Shown: positions 25,133-38,311, counted from the whole stretch's first letter. The stretch is DNA of 62,700 bases, filler included, from Sphacelaria rigidula (GCA_964200075.2; 7 parts of 7 records of this genome joined end to end with filler, not necessarily neighbours in it); one strand, 5' to 3'. Numbers and translations are program-made. The notes: generated from the letters alone by a model not told the origin.

Positions 25133-27568
25133 GGGGCCAAGACTGCGACAAGTCGGTGGGCTTTTTCTCGCAGTCAGGCAGTAGAGGCAGATAGTACCGT
25201 GACAGCTTCCCTGCTCTCTGCTGTACCCAGCCAACGTACAACGGAAGCGAAATATCACGACCAAAACAGACTTGTATATGTGCAGACAAGGCAACCGGGC
25301 TTTGCTGCGTCCCATGCTGTCGCTGGCTTCGCTCTTTTTCGAAATCCACATGCACACACCTCAGTTGCACACCTCAGCTGCCGCTTCCAACACCACACGG
25401 ATACCCCAGCATATAAAACGTTTTGGCCCCGCACCTGTGTACAGTTCAGGCGTGTACAGTTCACGCGGTCGCTTGCGGGGTAAGTCTTGAGTTGGGTTTC
25501 CTCCTTCCATCAAGGAAAAACAAAAAAACTGTGTACAGTTGAGTGCAGGCAGTACAAATGGTTCGTCGGCAACAACTCGGTCTCCATCTCCTGTGCAGCC
25601 AATGTGCAAGGAGCAGCAATGAAGTACGACCAGCAGCACGAGCACAGCGCAACCTAGCTAAGCAACTTTGCAGTAAGAGCCCATCTCCATTTCCTCTTGC
25701 CCTTCATTCCACACGCCCGGCACAACAGAGACAAGACTCGCCTGCTCCAGATAGTTGATTTGGAATACGCTGTGTTACACATGAAAAGGGATCCGGAACT
25801 GAAGGAAGACCTGGTATCGTTCGGGAAAGATGTTTCATTGGAGGATGTCTGACAAAGGTTAAGAATCCTCATCTGCTCTGATTTTGTGCTATTTGACCGT
25901 GGGGAGTCGAACAGCAGTATTCGCCGTTCTCAACATTTTCGCCAGATCGAGATTGTAGCTTCTGATCAGGAGCGAGTTTTTAGTAGAGGCACGCGCTGTT
26001 CGTGTGTGTTCCTATTAGTGAATAAAGCACTGGCAAGTAATAATAGGGCACGATCCGTTTTTGTTGAACTAATAAGAAGGGGAATGAGCATATCAACCTT
26101 CGGAACATTTCTCTCATTAATGCGCCACTCCACGTTGAGCAGGTTATTATTACACGCCACACATGATGCCATGCATTCCAGATATGTTCTTCCCGTCAAT
26201 ACGTTTAGTGCGAGTGTGGGGCTATTGACCCGTCGCGACTCCAAAGTACTGCTAGTGCCTCTACTGTCCTGACCTGTACTACGGTATATTGACTGCACTC
26301 TCTGTACGGTAGTTTCAGTAGCGTATGGCGTCGACATTGCATGCTTGTGAAGTGAAGAAAAACATACAACAGAGAAACCCTTCATGTTGTGAACGGGCAA
26401 TCTATTGCGTTGCGTACAAACTGGCGCGAAGTGCATGCATATGTTGAACTGCTTGTACTTCTGTCCCGTCGTGTCCCGTCCTGCCCTGCAGTATACTATT
26501 ACCAACTGCACTGTGTGTGTTTGTGAGGATTGAAGAGAGATTAAGTTCATTTTATGCGTAAGATGAGTGAACGCGCGAAGACGGGCTTTTCAAAAGCATG
26601 CACATACAACTCTAATGGGGTAGGTCGGGTAGTGTATGTACTTCTCGGCACCCGGGTATCATACCCGGGTATTGACTCCACCTAAGGTCTGGGGAGAGTT
26701 GGTTGAGATCTCAATTTTCTACCCAAAAATTGGACAGTGTCATGTACGATCTCAATGCTGTGTGTTGTGTTGTCGTCCCATTTATTCTGGGCACCAGTCT
26801 ACACCTGTCGGTGTATNNNNNNNNNNNNNNNNNNNNNNNNNNNNNNNNNNNNNNNNNNNNTTAATTAATTAANNNNNNNNNNNNNNNNNNNNNNNNNNNN
26901 NNNNNNNNNNNNNNNNGAAAAACCTCAGTTGTAAATCCTCAGTTTTCCATCAACGGTTCCAAAAGGGTTAATATGCAGCACTGCACAAAATTCGTGGTAT
27001 TTATCCGCGAAATGGTTGAGGATTGAAAAAGGAGCAGTGGCACGAAGCAGGGTAACAACGAATCACGGATGATAGGTGGCAAGTTATATTTCTAGCCTCC
27101 GCCTAATCCTTTCGCACCCCCCCCCCTCCCCCCCGAAACTCCTTAATGTGAACGGAGTCAAATATTATAGTAGGAGCCACCACACATTGGTCAACAAAGG
27201 AATTATGAATGATTGTCCCGAGGTCGGGATAGGGGTGATATACAACGTACCGCACGATAGCGGGTTGGGTGGCAAATTTACTGTCAGGTATCAACAGTAG
27301 AAAATCTTCATCGCCCAGCATCCCGGTGTGTGCTACTCAGAGAGTATTTTAGTATACCAATAACGGTCGCCAGCAGCACTCGATTACATGCGCATAAGCG
27401 TTTCGTGTTCAACTTGGGCTCAGCCTCGAAACATTGTGGTCCAGTGTACAAACACACTGCAGTAAACGACAGTGCAGTATCTTGTATAGTAAATCATAGA
27501 GAAGTGTACCATTATTCAAATTCTAAATCATACAGAGGTGCACCATCATTCAAATTCATTTCCACTAC

Positions 27569-27775
27569 CTGTGAGCTCCTTTGCAAGGAATGAGGTCCTC
27601 GCCGTGATACCGAAGATCGTATTGCCCCTCGCAAGTCACAGAACGATCCAGCCGTGGTTGTGGCCATCGCATTGCACCTTGGGGCGGCATGTGGCGCTGC
27701 AACGTTAAAACCCTCTGCAGCATGTGCCAACATGGCGACCAAAGCGAGTATTCCACTATGAATCCATCCCTTCAT
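27569..27775 (-). CDS. First exon of a putative plastid-targeted protein (bipartite presequence)
   Basis: MKGWIHSGILALVAMLAHAAEG-FNVAAP: a hydrophobic signal peptide with F at +1 (ASAFAP-type), then an S/R/A-rich transit region. Candidate donor CAG|gtagtg; otherwise the frame stops at 27512. Confidence 0.6.
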
Positions 27776-28195
27776 GATTCATATGCCCTATTCGCGTTGG
27801 AATTTGGTGATAACTATGGTCTTCCTGTGTCCCGTGTCCTCTACCTTTGCATGATCAGGGCCCTCTGGGATTCTGTTCCGAGATTTTGTCCCCTGAGAGT
27901 CCCACGAGATTGTGGAGGATGGTTTTCGGTCTGCGTTCGTACAAGAATTATTTCGAATTTCGAATCCTTTCGAACTTTTGGCTACGGGTCTGATTAGCAC
28001 GGGTGCGTTAAAAGGTGTACATGGATTATCGGTTTGGAAGATGGAAAATGGCTTTGATCCAGATTTGACTGAAACTGCGGGGGAAGCATGTAGGAACTGC
28101 GGGCTGAATGCTGAAAAAACGGTCGACGGAAACGGCCCGGGTCGCAGTCGCCAGTATCTTCCGTTATGCCAGCCGGCTCCGAAACGACCCCGAGC

Positions 28196-28388
28196 ATGAT
28201 TCGGAGGGTGGTTTCATGTGCCACAAGAGCATGTTCAACAGCCATAGCAGGTAAGCCCACGTTCTTGGTAGGCAGAGGCGGAACTTCAATCATATCGACA
28301 AGATGGCCAGAAGTCCTATTGCGAGCGTTCTCTTCCAACAGAAAGCTGCCAGACGGACCCGGACTAGCGCACTTCGCATCCATGCCAG
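28196..28388 (+). CDS. First exon of a putative mitochondrion-targeted protein
   Basis: MIRRVVSCATRACSTAIAG...LLRAFSSNRKLPDGPGLAHF is R/S/T/A-rich and acid-poor with an RxFSS cleavage-like motif. Donor CAG|gtatgg. Confidence 0.5.
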
Positions 28389-31300
28389 GTATGGACGTAT
28401 ATACTGTACTGGGGTACACTTTAGACTCTAGAGCTGCTTTGATTATAAAGGTTAGCCAAACTGCAGCCTATTGCAGCGAGCTACCTTCATCCACCGAATG
28501 ATCAGCGTTTTACTGCTCCGCTGGGGGTGTTTCAGTTCTGAAGCCAACGAAGTAGGTCTTGTCATATACTTTCAAAACGATGGTGTTGACGTCATGAGAT
28601 ATAGGAGCAGAACAACGAATTAGAGGCAATACTATTATCGAGCACTGCTGTCCAGACAACGCAATTTATGTTCGTTAGAGGATCCAGGCAGCACAGTCTA
28701 GATTTCTTGATACTCGGCCTCGATCGTGTCTCAAACGATGATAGATCTTCTTGTTACTACAGTAGTATACAATTATTTGGTCGTACTATTATACTGCCAG
28801 CGAACGCCGTTTTGGGCAAAACGCGGCGGTCATGTTGTCCGGCTCATGTGTAAGAGGGCGGTGATCCGTCCGTACGTCTCCTGTTCAGTCAGCGTGTCGT
28901 GTTCGAGTTGACCTCCACACAATCATTAATGCCGTCGATGCTACAAGTGCGCGTAGATATTTTCGTGTACTGTTATGTTGTCTACAAGACATGGATCATG
29001 AAAAAAAATGATCAGCGAGAAAATGCGGCGGAATATCGGCACCCGATCTGATCGGATACGTCAGTTTTGTTGGTAGCTTCATAAATTCCTGGCCGCTTCT
29101 CAGAGCGTGTCTTCAAATTATTTTTCGAAAAAAAAGCGCGGTGGGACAGAAAAAATCCGATCTGATTGGTCGCCATTTCATCATTCCAACGTGAATGACT
29201 TGGACATGAAAGACCAAGAAGGCAATCATTTAATTACTTGACCGTTTGTTATTGAAATGCAAGTTTGGCGAAACAACCTGCTCATCCAACGCGATTGTCC
29301 GAGGTATCAAAGGCCCACTGCTGTAACCTCGGTTCAACTCGACACGATCCGCCTTCCTGGCAAAGAACTGTCAACGCCTGGAACTGACGCAGAACTATCC
29401 CCGTGTATCAACTCCATGAACGTAGATGTGGGATCTTTGTAGGAAGGTAGACTTGGAGATGTGTCGACTCTCTCCCCCTAACCTGGTGTTTGCCCTGTCC
29501 GCCCACCCCGGGGGCCTGATTTCGTGATTCGGTGATCCCGTCCTGATTTGGTGACTTGGTGAAGCCGCTTGTAAAAATCTCAGACAACATCTATTCGCGA
29601 TGCTGTCACCAACTGATAGTCGAACCACACCCGTCTCCCAGATCTCATAAACCTCGACTTCAACTCAGACACCATTATTGTCACTTCATCGTGGATGCAC
29701 TTGCCCTTGTACCTTACTGCTTCTCCCACACTGAACTGACTCACTTGGTTCATCACACAGGCAATCTTGCATGTCAATGTGTTCTGAAATGGCTTCTGGA
29801 TACTGTAACCGCTATAAACATCTGGGAAAATTCTTCCCGTTTCTGCACAAAACATCGATTCTTCTCCAACACAGAATCGAGCCTTTTCAACAAGTTTTAT
29901 TTTTTGATACATAAGAAGTAGCCTTACTAGATAAAAAAAAACATGAAGATGTCGAGTGTCATGTTTTTCTGAACGAGTTATCGGACGCGAGCCATCACCC
30001 GTCATGTGCCCTGAGTCAATCCTCGAGTGACACGCGAAAAACGTCTGCCCAGTTAGGCTCAAGTCTCGCTCCATACCAGCGGCTGACACGGGATGACCAG
30101 ACACGGGTCTGGCCACGTGCGACAGCCACCTGAACCAGTCAGTACCGTGACCAGCCCGCCACGAGAGAATCGAATGGAGCCCCCGTAGCTCAAGCTTCCT
30201 TGCGGCCATGTCTACCTTCCACTTCGCCTTAACTTGCGCTTTCCGTGTGAGCTGACAAGGTGTCTGTGTGTTGTCATCATTGCAGTCAAACACTGACCAC
30301 CTGAACTTCTCGGTGCCATGGCGAGCCCAGCACTTTGGAGAACGTCGAAGGGAACCTCCCGTGCCCCAACCTTGCTCGTGGTGATGCTCTCCTTCCCTCC
30401 CGTCCGCCTAAACTTCCGCCTCCGGTGTGGGTTGGCTAGGGACCGGCATGTCGTCACTACATTGTCGCATGATCGACTCTACCGAGCTCACACGGGAGGC
30501 GCAAGTGGAAGTAGCGAGGAAAGGGCACATGGCCACGAGCAAGCTTGGGCCACCGGAGGTTCCATTGGAGGAGGTGCTCACGTCGGGGCGAGAAACGACC
30601 CTGAGCAATACAGGTGGCTAATTGTCGACCCTAGTGATGACGGCACACCTGCACCTACTCAGCTCCCACAGGAGGCACAACTTGAGGGAGAATGCAGATA
30701 ATACATGGCCATGAGCAAGCTTGGGGCATCAAAGCTCTCATTCAAGACCGTTCTCTCGTTGTGGGTTGGGTCACGGCACCGACAAGTTCAGGTGGATACC
30801 GCCCTTGGCCACATCCGTTTCCCAGGCTTGTGCTCGTACTCTACAGCAACCTGTAGTCGAACCGCTGCATAATATGTGGTACCAAAGTCCAGCTTGTGCC
30901 AATACCCTCCCGTACATGAACAACCTACAGTCCTATGCTTGCTTATTTTCGAACTGCAAAAGTTTATGGACATGTCTTAGAACTATCTGGCCAACATGTT
31001 GCGCCGTTCCACTTCTGCTCACGGCGAGTTTATGCTTTTGTGTTATTTTCGGAACAGTTTTGTGCCATCTCTTGAGAGAACGAGTGCTTGTTCCCGAGCA
31101 GTAGCGCGACGACGACAGAACAATCCACACGAGACTGTCTTGGCCGAGAAAAACTGAAGAATCATACAAAGCACTACCAGTTACGTGTGGATGCTCGTCG
31201 ACATCCGAGATAATGGTAACAGCATGACTATCGGTGGGGTCTACACGCGGTCAAAGGATGTGTTGTAGTGAGACAAAAATAGACCTGCTGAATCAAGATG

Positions 31301-31864
31301 AGATGCTGCAGTGCCGATCGCAACGACTGAGGCACGCTACTTCTGTCTGTACTGCAACTCTCACCGCAGGCCCTGCTGGCGCTGCTGCAGCAGGTCCAGA
31401 GCCGAACTGCGGAAACATCGCCATCGCCGTCCTTCTTTTACCCTGGCACCTCGTTCGGTCCTGCAACTGTCCGTGTTGCCTCGTCCCCCTGTTTCCCTGT
31501 TTCGGCTTTAGTCCACGGAGCCGCGTTTTCTGCGGAGCTCGCTCTCTCGTACTGTAGCAGTGGTTTCACCGCCTGCGGGTGATTGCCGTTTGCTGGATTG
31601 CAACACTGAGCTCAACAGCGCAATGTCACCCGTGGGAAAAAATAGTGTGGATCACTACCGTAGGAATCCAACGACCAGCGTTCTAAGCTTCGAACTGATG
31701 TGCAGAACTTTCGCAACACATCAGCGAGCCTTGGACGGACACAGATTATTTCCCCATGGTATTACAGGACATCTCTCAATCCTAATGACCGCAGGTCTGA
31801 TCTCATAAGGTGTCGTCCAAGGTCTCTCATGCTCAATCTATAGTGAGGTATCCAAGCTTCTCTC

Positions 31865-32296
31865 ATGCTCCGAGGTCGAATACACGGCTCATGGCGTAGG
31901 CCAGGCCCAACATCAACACCTTTCTCTAGATCAAGCCCTTCAGTTCTTACGCTAGCACTACTCATGTTTTCCTCGTTAGAATCTCACACAACTACGACGG
32001 CGTTCAGCAGCATCGCACCCTTCTTCAATTCCGCCGCGTTGCCTACAGCCGCAGCATTCACACCATCCCAGCATCCAGCGGTACCATCGACACATCCCAC
32101 CGGGCGCAGCGGCTGTAGCAGCACTTCCAAGATTCCTAGACGACGTCCGAGGGGATGGGTGGGCGGGGGCTCGGATTCGGTATCGCCTGGGTCAGCACCG
32201 CGCAGTCGGCGGGGCTTGGTCATGATGGCCAATCCTGAAAATACTCAGCAGTTCAGGGATCGCGAGCTGGAGTTGATGTTCTACGACGAGGCTGAG
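31865..32296 (+). CDS. First exon of a probable plastid Obg/CgtA GTPase
   Basis: Signal-like LTLALLMFSS..TTA-FSS and a long transit region, then ELMFYDEAE, resembling the Obg N-terminal MFxDE motif. Donor GAG|gtacat. Later exons were not found in this contig. Confidence 0.55.
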
Positions 32297-32719
32297 GTAC
32301 ATGCTCATGCGGCACTATTATACGATGCGGAGGTCGTGTATGGTTTGTTGTTGCAGTACTGGCTGTGCTGTGCTGTGCTGCGACTGTGCTGTTGTGCGTG
32401 CCCTGGCTTGCTGTCTTGGTAAGCTGGTATACTGAACTGTGCGCCAAGCAGAGTCGATGCCTTGTCTAGAAGCAGTCGTGGCGTTCTTGCGTGTCGTACC
32501 TAGAAAGACAGTGCGGGGAAGTTGTGACATGTTTTCCCTGGGTAAACGATGGGCATTCGTGCACAGCACAACAGTAAGGTCTCGATGCTTGTCTTATGCT
32601 GGCCTCGTTGCGATATCATCATATTTGAATCACGACATCGTTGTCGACACATAGATAGATCGCCACATCGCCGCTGGCATCGAGCACGCTATCACTCCGC
32701 AGCAGCACCCTCGCGCTCT

Positions 32720-33562
32720 GTGTTGACGTCCCATCTATTCTGGACGCTGGTCTACACCTGTCGGTATACTTCCTCTGTGGCATAAGTAAAGGTCCTTATG
32801 GGCGTTTCAATCGTTTGAGTATTTCAACGTTGACGACCATCCTATGGTTGGGTTCGTTAGAGAGGTAAAGAGCAGACAAAGCTGATGAAAAATAAGAAAC
32901 GAAAAAAAAAAAACTTGTTTTCATCACTAGAATTATGTCGAAATATACCCCATTTTGACCCATTTTGATCCATTTACACCTCATCATTGACCGATTTGGG
33001 ACGTTTTCACGTCGGGCACTAGCGATTACCTGCTAACAAGATGTTGGATGGGGTCTCTCATGCTTTTCCTGGGAAAATGAGCGAAAAAGGGACGTTTTTG
33101 GATCGACCTACTTGTTCTCGGCCGCGCGGCTGCGTGGGTCAAGCACTCACCTCGTAGAAAGGATGTCGGTTCTAGCTAAAAAACGCCGACGGATGCAAGA
33201 AAAGGGTCGAAAATCAAACATCACACCGTTAAAGGTCCGTGCATTCATAATGACTTTCACTTATGGCACAGAGAAAGTATGCGGGCGCACCAGCCGGGGT
33301 CACACAGGAGGAGGCCAACACAGTAGTCTTTTCTTCTTTGTTTTTAGTTCTTCTTTCTGCTGTGCTTGCCTTCAGTTTTTATCGCGAGAGGGGCGCAGCA
33401 GTCCTTTTCCCTCGTCACCATTAAGTCGAATTTTGTTTACCCACGACATAATTGCTTTCCATTGTCGGGTATTGGGTGAGAAAAAATCCCAGATCGCTCC
33501 GAGATTCGAACCCACGAGCCAACCGTCAGAAGGTGTCGAGGTTACCCACTGAGCCACCGGTG
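32720..33562 (-). mobile_element. SINE family 1 copy split by a MITE
   Basis: 32720-32768 (tail part) and 33278-33562 (body and tRNA-like head, gagattcgaacccacg...actgagccaccgg) rejoin into the family sequence. Confidence 0.8.
32769..33277. mobile_element. Tc1/mariner (Stowaway-like) MITE
   Basis: TIRs cttcctctgtggcataagtaaaggtccttatg and cataatgactttcacttatggcacagagaaag, with TA on both sides (32767-68, 33278-79). Confidence 0.85.
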
Positions 33563-34129
33563 CAGCATGCCATAGTACATGTGCACCCATCAAAGACATC
33601 ACGCATTGTGCCCCTCCGCACCGTGAGGGTACTGACCCCCTTTACCGTGTGTTGACAATGTCCGGCCATGTTGCTTTTGCGGTCGAGACCTTATGTGGTG
33701 TTGCTTGCGATCGACCCGGTGCTTATCTTGCCCTCAACAGGCAGGATTCGTCTGGGTAGAATATAGCTGCGCCCCCCGGTTGCTGGGATCAGGGTACGAG
33801 TTGAGTTTACGGTACAGCACCGTCAATGGATTTGTTTCTACAAGAGAAAACCACGATGACACAACACGGATAGCCGCAGGCGATGCATCAGACAGTTGGA
33901 AACGGGACTTGGGTGTAGCATTGCTTTTCTATTTCCTTCGGTTTGCCGACCACATTGACTGGTCATTTTTTGTTCCGAAATCTCCGACATTTTCGAAGTT
34001 TCTCCGCCTTCTCCGAGTAACGCTACGGAAAGCGTGCACTTTTTGCGCAAAATCTTGTCTGGTTGAGGGGCTCCTAACGGTTCTAGATGCACAAGAATAC
34101 GGGTCGGGGCATCCCCGCTTGCAAATTCA

Positions 34130-35620
34130 TTAGGGATGTCCCTAGCACATTGGAATGGTAATCCTGACGTACTCTCACATAATTCGTAAGTCGTGTTTTG
34201 GATGCGATAAAAAGGTTCCTGGCAGTTCTAGCTCAGAAAATATTTTTGTACCTCCACCGTAGCATTACTCCTCCGAGAAATAGGAGAGCATTTTTCTCAA
34301 CCAATTCAAGAAATTGATCAAATTATGACTGACTTCAAATGACTCCGAAAATCTTTGTCGATTATTTTCACTTTTTTTTTCTCCTCAAGGAAAGTTGGGA
34401 GCTACACAAGAATGAACACATTAGTGTGGGGGTGGAGTGGGGTTTCGGGGTGGGATTTCATTATTGTCTGGTTTTTTGGAAGAAGGGGAAGGCAGTATTG
34501 ATCGAAAAAACAGACCAGAGGTCGATACAGGCTGGTTCAGGCATATCACCCAAAAAACACTCATCGGCAAAACCTGCGCCGTTTCAAGAAGTTAGACCCT
34601 GAAATTTTGCACAGATGTTCCATGGGACATAACGCAACTTTCGAACGTCGAGGTTTTTCGACTTTTTTACTTTTTTCGCCGTTTTTCGGGGGTCTCAACT
34701 TCTTCCGGGAAACATCGATCCAATCGGACCCCCGTAAAACGGTTAAGAAAAGAAAACTAAAAAAACCTCGTGCATCCAAAGCTGCGTAATGATCCATAGC
34801 ACAGCTGTGCGAAACTTCAGGGTCTAACTCCTTATAACGGCGTGAAGTTTTTCACTTTTGTGCGATGAATTTTGTCGTGCCGCGGTGAAACCGCAAACTA
34901 CTTGATTTTAGCACGCAAACGGCGTTTTTGGGCCTTCGTTGACGTGAACATGAAAATTCAAGCATCATGTGATCGAGTTTTGCGACAAACGTTTGTGGGA
35001 CCCTTCCTCGGCTTAGGCGGGGACAGCTCGCTCACGAAAGAATGAACAAAATATCGTCGTGCCGGTTTTCCCGGGTCTCAGAATGGAGACTACTTCGAAA
35101 AACGACTTGGACCCCCGTCGGACCCCCGGAAAACGGTGAAAAAATCAAGAAGTAAAGAAACATGATCCATGGAAATTTGCGTAATGGTGCATAGCATATT
35201 TTTGCAAAGTCTCAGGATCTAACACCCAACAATGCCGTGAAGGTTTGCGCGTTTGTGGAGGCCGTGGGCTTGAAACGTGCAACTCCTAATTACTTGGTTT
35301 TAGTATAGAAACGTCTTTTGAGGTGAGCTTTACGTCAAGGCAAGAAAAACTATGAGCTTTTCGAGTTTCTGCACCAAAAATTGTACATGTGTTCCTTGGA
35401 CTATGCCGAAACGCATCATTTTATTATTTTTCTGTTACGGCATTCTGTACCGCCTTCCGGGGGTCTTCATACTGGAACCCTCGGAAGCCGGTAGAGAACG
35501 GAGAAACCATGAGATATTGTCAAGAACACAATTTTTCCATTTGAAGCATCAATATGTACGGAACTACCAAGTTTGAGGGTGATCTGAGTTTTTCTACAAC
35601 ATATATATAGGGGACACCGT
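34130..35620. mobile_element. Probable non-autonomous DNA element with an internal diverged duplication
   Basis: ggacccccg(t/g)aaaacggt...gcgtaatg..catagca occurs at about 34726 and 35119. AT-rich and non-coding; termini poorly defined. Confidence 0.35.
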
Positions 35621-35888
35621 CACGAGGCTCCCTGGGTCTTTCGTGCGTATCATTAGTGGAAATTAGACGACGCCAACACCCGACATCACCGAAACATCAC
35701 GGTTTCGGGTATAACTCGACCCCGTAGTAACCGTTTTCGAATATTTTCTTTTCGTTAGATTCCCGAGCCGATGACGGTTACTGCGATANNNNNNNNNNNN
35801 NNNNNNNNNNNNNNNNNNNNNNNNNNNNNNNNTTAATTAATTAANNNNNNNNNNNNNNNNNNNNNNNNNNNNNNNNNNNNNNNNNNNN

Positions 35889-36055
35889 ATCTTGTTGCTT
35901 GCCTTAGTCGTTTGACCATTGACCACGCATCCCTTTCGAGACGGAGCACCGTTTCGACTCGTAATAGAGATACCTCCAACATTTGGGCGTTCATCACATT
36001 TTTTCCATACACTACACAAAAGCCGTTTACATATCATACCCCCCCCCTCCTGTTC
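35889..36055 (-). mobile_element. LINE family B 3' fragment
   Basis: Translates to CKRLLCSVWKKCDERPNVGGISITSRNGAPSRKGCVVNGQTTKASNK, homologous to 52120-52275. Confidence 0.85.
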
Positions 36056-36654
36056 CGGGAGGGGGGATTGGGGGGTGGGGGGGGGATTTATTGAGTACAA
36101 CAACTGCGGTATATCGAGGTACCGAACATATGACCTCCTTCGGCGGTGACCTAACAAAAATGTTATGCATTTGAAGTGGGGGGAGGGCGGGGTGGAAGGG
36201 GTAGCTATCCGCGATTGATTCAAGCGAAATCGATCACGGTGAGCGCTCATAGAGATAGATATTTGCCGTCTTCGCCTACGGTCACATCTCGTCCTCTAGG
36301 TAAAGATGAAATTCGAAACGTCGTGAGACCTTGAGGACATATTTACCCCAGTGTTTTCCAGGAAAACGTGAGAAGGACTCTTTGTTACTGCGTATACATC
36401 AACTGCACAGGAATAGTCCCAAGGCCAAAACTGTCGACCGGTAGTTAGCGGGCGATACCCTATGCAGTGTACTCGGGGAATGCACCACCGCCTCGCTTTC
36501 TGTCAATTAAACTCTTCACGTGACCATCCTCCTGAGTTTGACGTTGCGGTTTACACATGCACTCATCGGGAGGAGGAGCGGGGTGTAAAATAAATAATGA
36601 CAGATGATCAGTGATTTATGGCCCTCCAATCTGCGCAGAAATCGCGCTCTGCAT

Positions 36655-37030
36655 GTCGCGTCTCGGTGGTGTAAATTAAAATGTTCCGACTGTCGCCGAT
36701 AGGGTGGAGAACACGAGGGTTCGATTCCCGATGCGTTGGGGGTTTTTTCCGCAATGTCTGATTTCCACCGTGGAAAGCGTGAGAACGTGAATAAACAAAG
36801 CAGTTGAGTGAGTCTGTTTGACGTGAGCTGACGCGGTGCAGGAGTGCTGATAGTCATGACCTAATCCGCGAGACCAAAATGCAAGGCGTGTACCGGGGGG
36901 GGGGCGTACTCATTTGTTGCTGGCCTTAGTCGTTTGACCCTTGACCACGCATCCCTTTCGAGACGGAGTAAGTGTACCGGGGAGAGATGAGTTGATCCCT
37001 GGAGACCACAGACTCATCCGGAGGAAGAGA
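36655..37030 (+). mobile_element. tRNA-derived SINE family 2
   Basis: Head cggtggtgtaa...gggttcgattccc (A-box-like and a good B-box). Body shared with copies at about 7650, 17985, 42600 and 58460. Confidence 0.65.
36899..36971 (-). mobile_element. 5'-truncated LINE family B insertion with TSD
   Basis: The 3' terminus ...caacaaatgagtacgcccc lies between direct repeats gtgtaccgggg (36888-36898, 36972-36982). Confidence 0.8.
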
Positions 37031-37317
37031 AGAGGTTCAAAGTGCGACAAATCATAAAAATAAATAAACAAACAAGTAAGTGTCTACTGTGTAAAATTCA
37101 TTTGCCCAAACAAGAAACAGTGGACTGCTGCTGGGATTGCCAACAGCTTCTTGCTTTTTTTTTTCATGTAGTCTGTTAGGATTGCCTACTGTGCTGTACC
37201 GTACTGGACAGGACTGGACAGGACAGTTATGTACTCTCCTGTACTGTGCTGTGCGGTGCTATGCTGTTTTGTTGTATGTACCTGTTTTGTTGTCTGTGCC
37301 TGTTTTGTTGCCTGTAC

Positions 37318-37470
37318 CTGTTCATCTTGCCAGCTAAGGGGCGAGGCAGGATCAATAGCGCTGCTATTGGAGGATGTCCAAATCAGCGCCAGAACGGAGA
37401 GGGCCGCGGCCAAACCGCATGCCGACGCTGCTCGCCACGGCCACCTTACAAATCCATGAATATTGCGCAT
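37318..37470 (-). CDS. Candidate first exon of a membrane-anchored or secreted protein
   Basis: MRNIHGFVRWPWRAASACGLAAALSVLALIWTSSNSSAIDP has a basic N-terminus and a hydrophobic helix. Donor CAG|gtacag. Confidence 0.4.
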
Positions 37471-38311
37471 ACGTTCGTTTGCATCAATAATAATCGTGGG
37501 GAAATCAGCAAAACAAAAACGCTATTGCAAACAGCAGTTTAAAACCTCTCAAGAATCAACGTCCTTGTACTACGTAAACCTTCTTGACAAGTACACGTCA
37601 TGATTTACTTTCGCGCAATGGTCATCATCCGTGTACTGAAAATAGATGGTGAAATTTTGCCCTATAACAAGAATGCTAACGATGAGAGACACGAGGGTTT
37701 TCGCAAGCGAGACAAGAACACTCTTCACTTCCAACGCACTGATGTATTTTCCCGGCGCATCCGAGTAGCTGGGGTCTTCTTCCCTTTTGAGTAAGGGTAA
37801 ATTTTCGGCATTATTCATCTTTTTCTTTTCAGATTCTTCCATGATAGTAGCCGGCACAAACCTCTTTCATGATATTAGCCCAAAAATACTCACGAATAAC
37901 CTTTCTCTCGGGGAAAAAAAATCGAATATTCGTGAGGGAGCTCTGGTTCCCGGTTTCAAAATCTTCACGTCCGATGCTCTCCGAAATGTCAGTAAAACCT
38001 GGGAGTTTCCCGAGCATCACGTTCTATCATATCTGATCTGACAAGAGAGCCTGCACCGATTGCGAATATATTTACTACGCTCACATGACCAAAAAAAGGA
38101 AGGGAAATCAGAAAAACTGGAAACGTCTGACTCGTGGAACAAATATTACTTCGCGGAGGCGTTTTGTTTCGAAACCGGACTAATATGGAAGACGCACGTC
38201 AAAAACAAACATACGTACCCTGTCGTACTCTATGGAGAAACCGCCACAGCGGAACATCCATTGAAATATTATACACTTGAACTATTTTACCATTCGGCCA
38301 TCCCCTAAGAT

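Noticed and set aside
36310..36350. aaacgtcgtgagac resembling large-subunit rRNA
   Set aside because: Only about a dozen bases match and the flanks do not continue the rRNA consensus.
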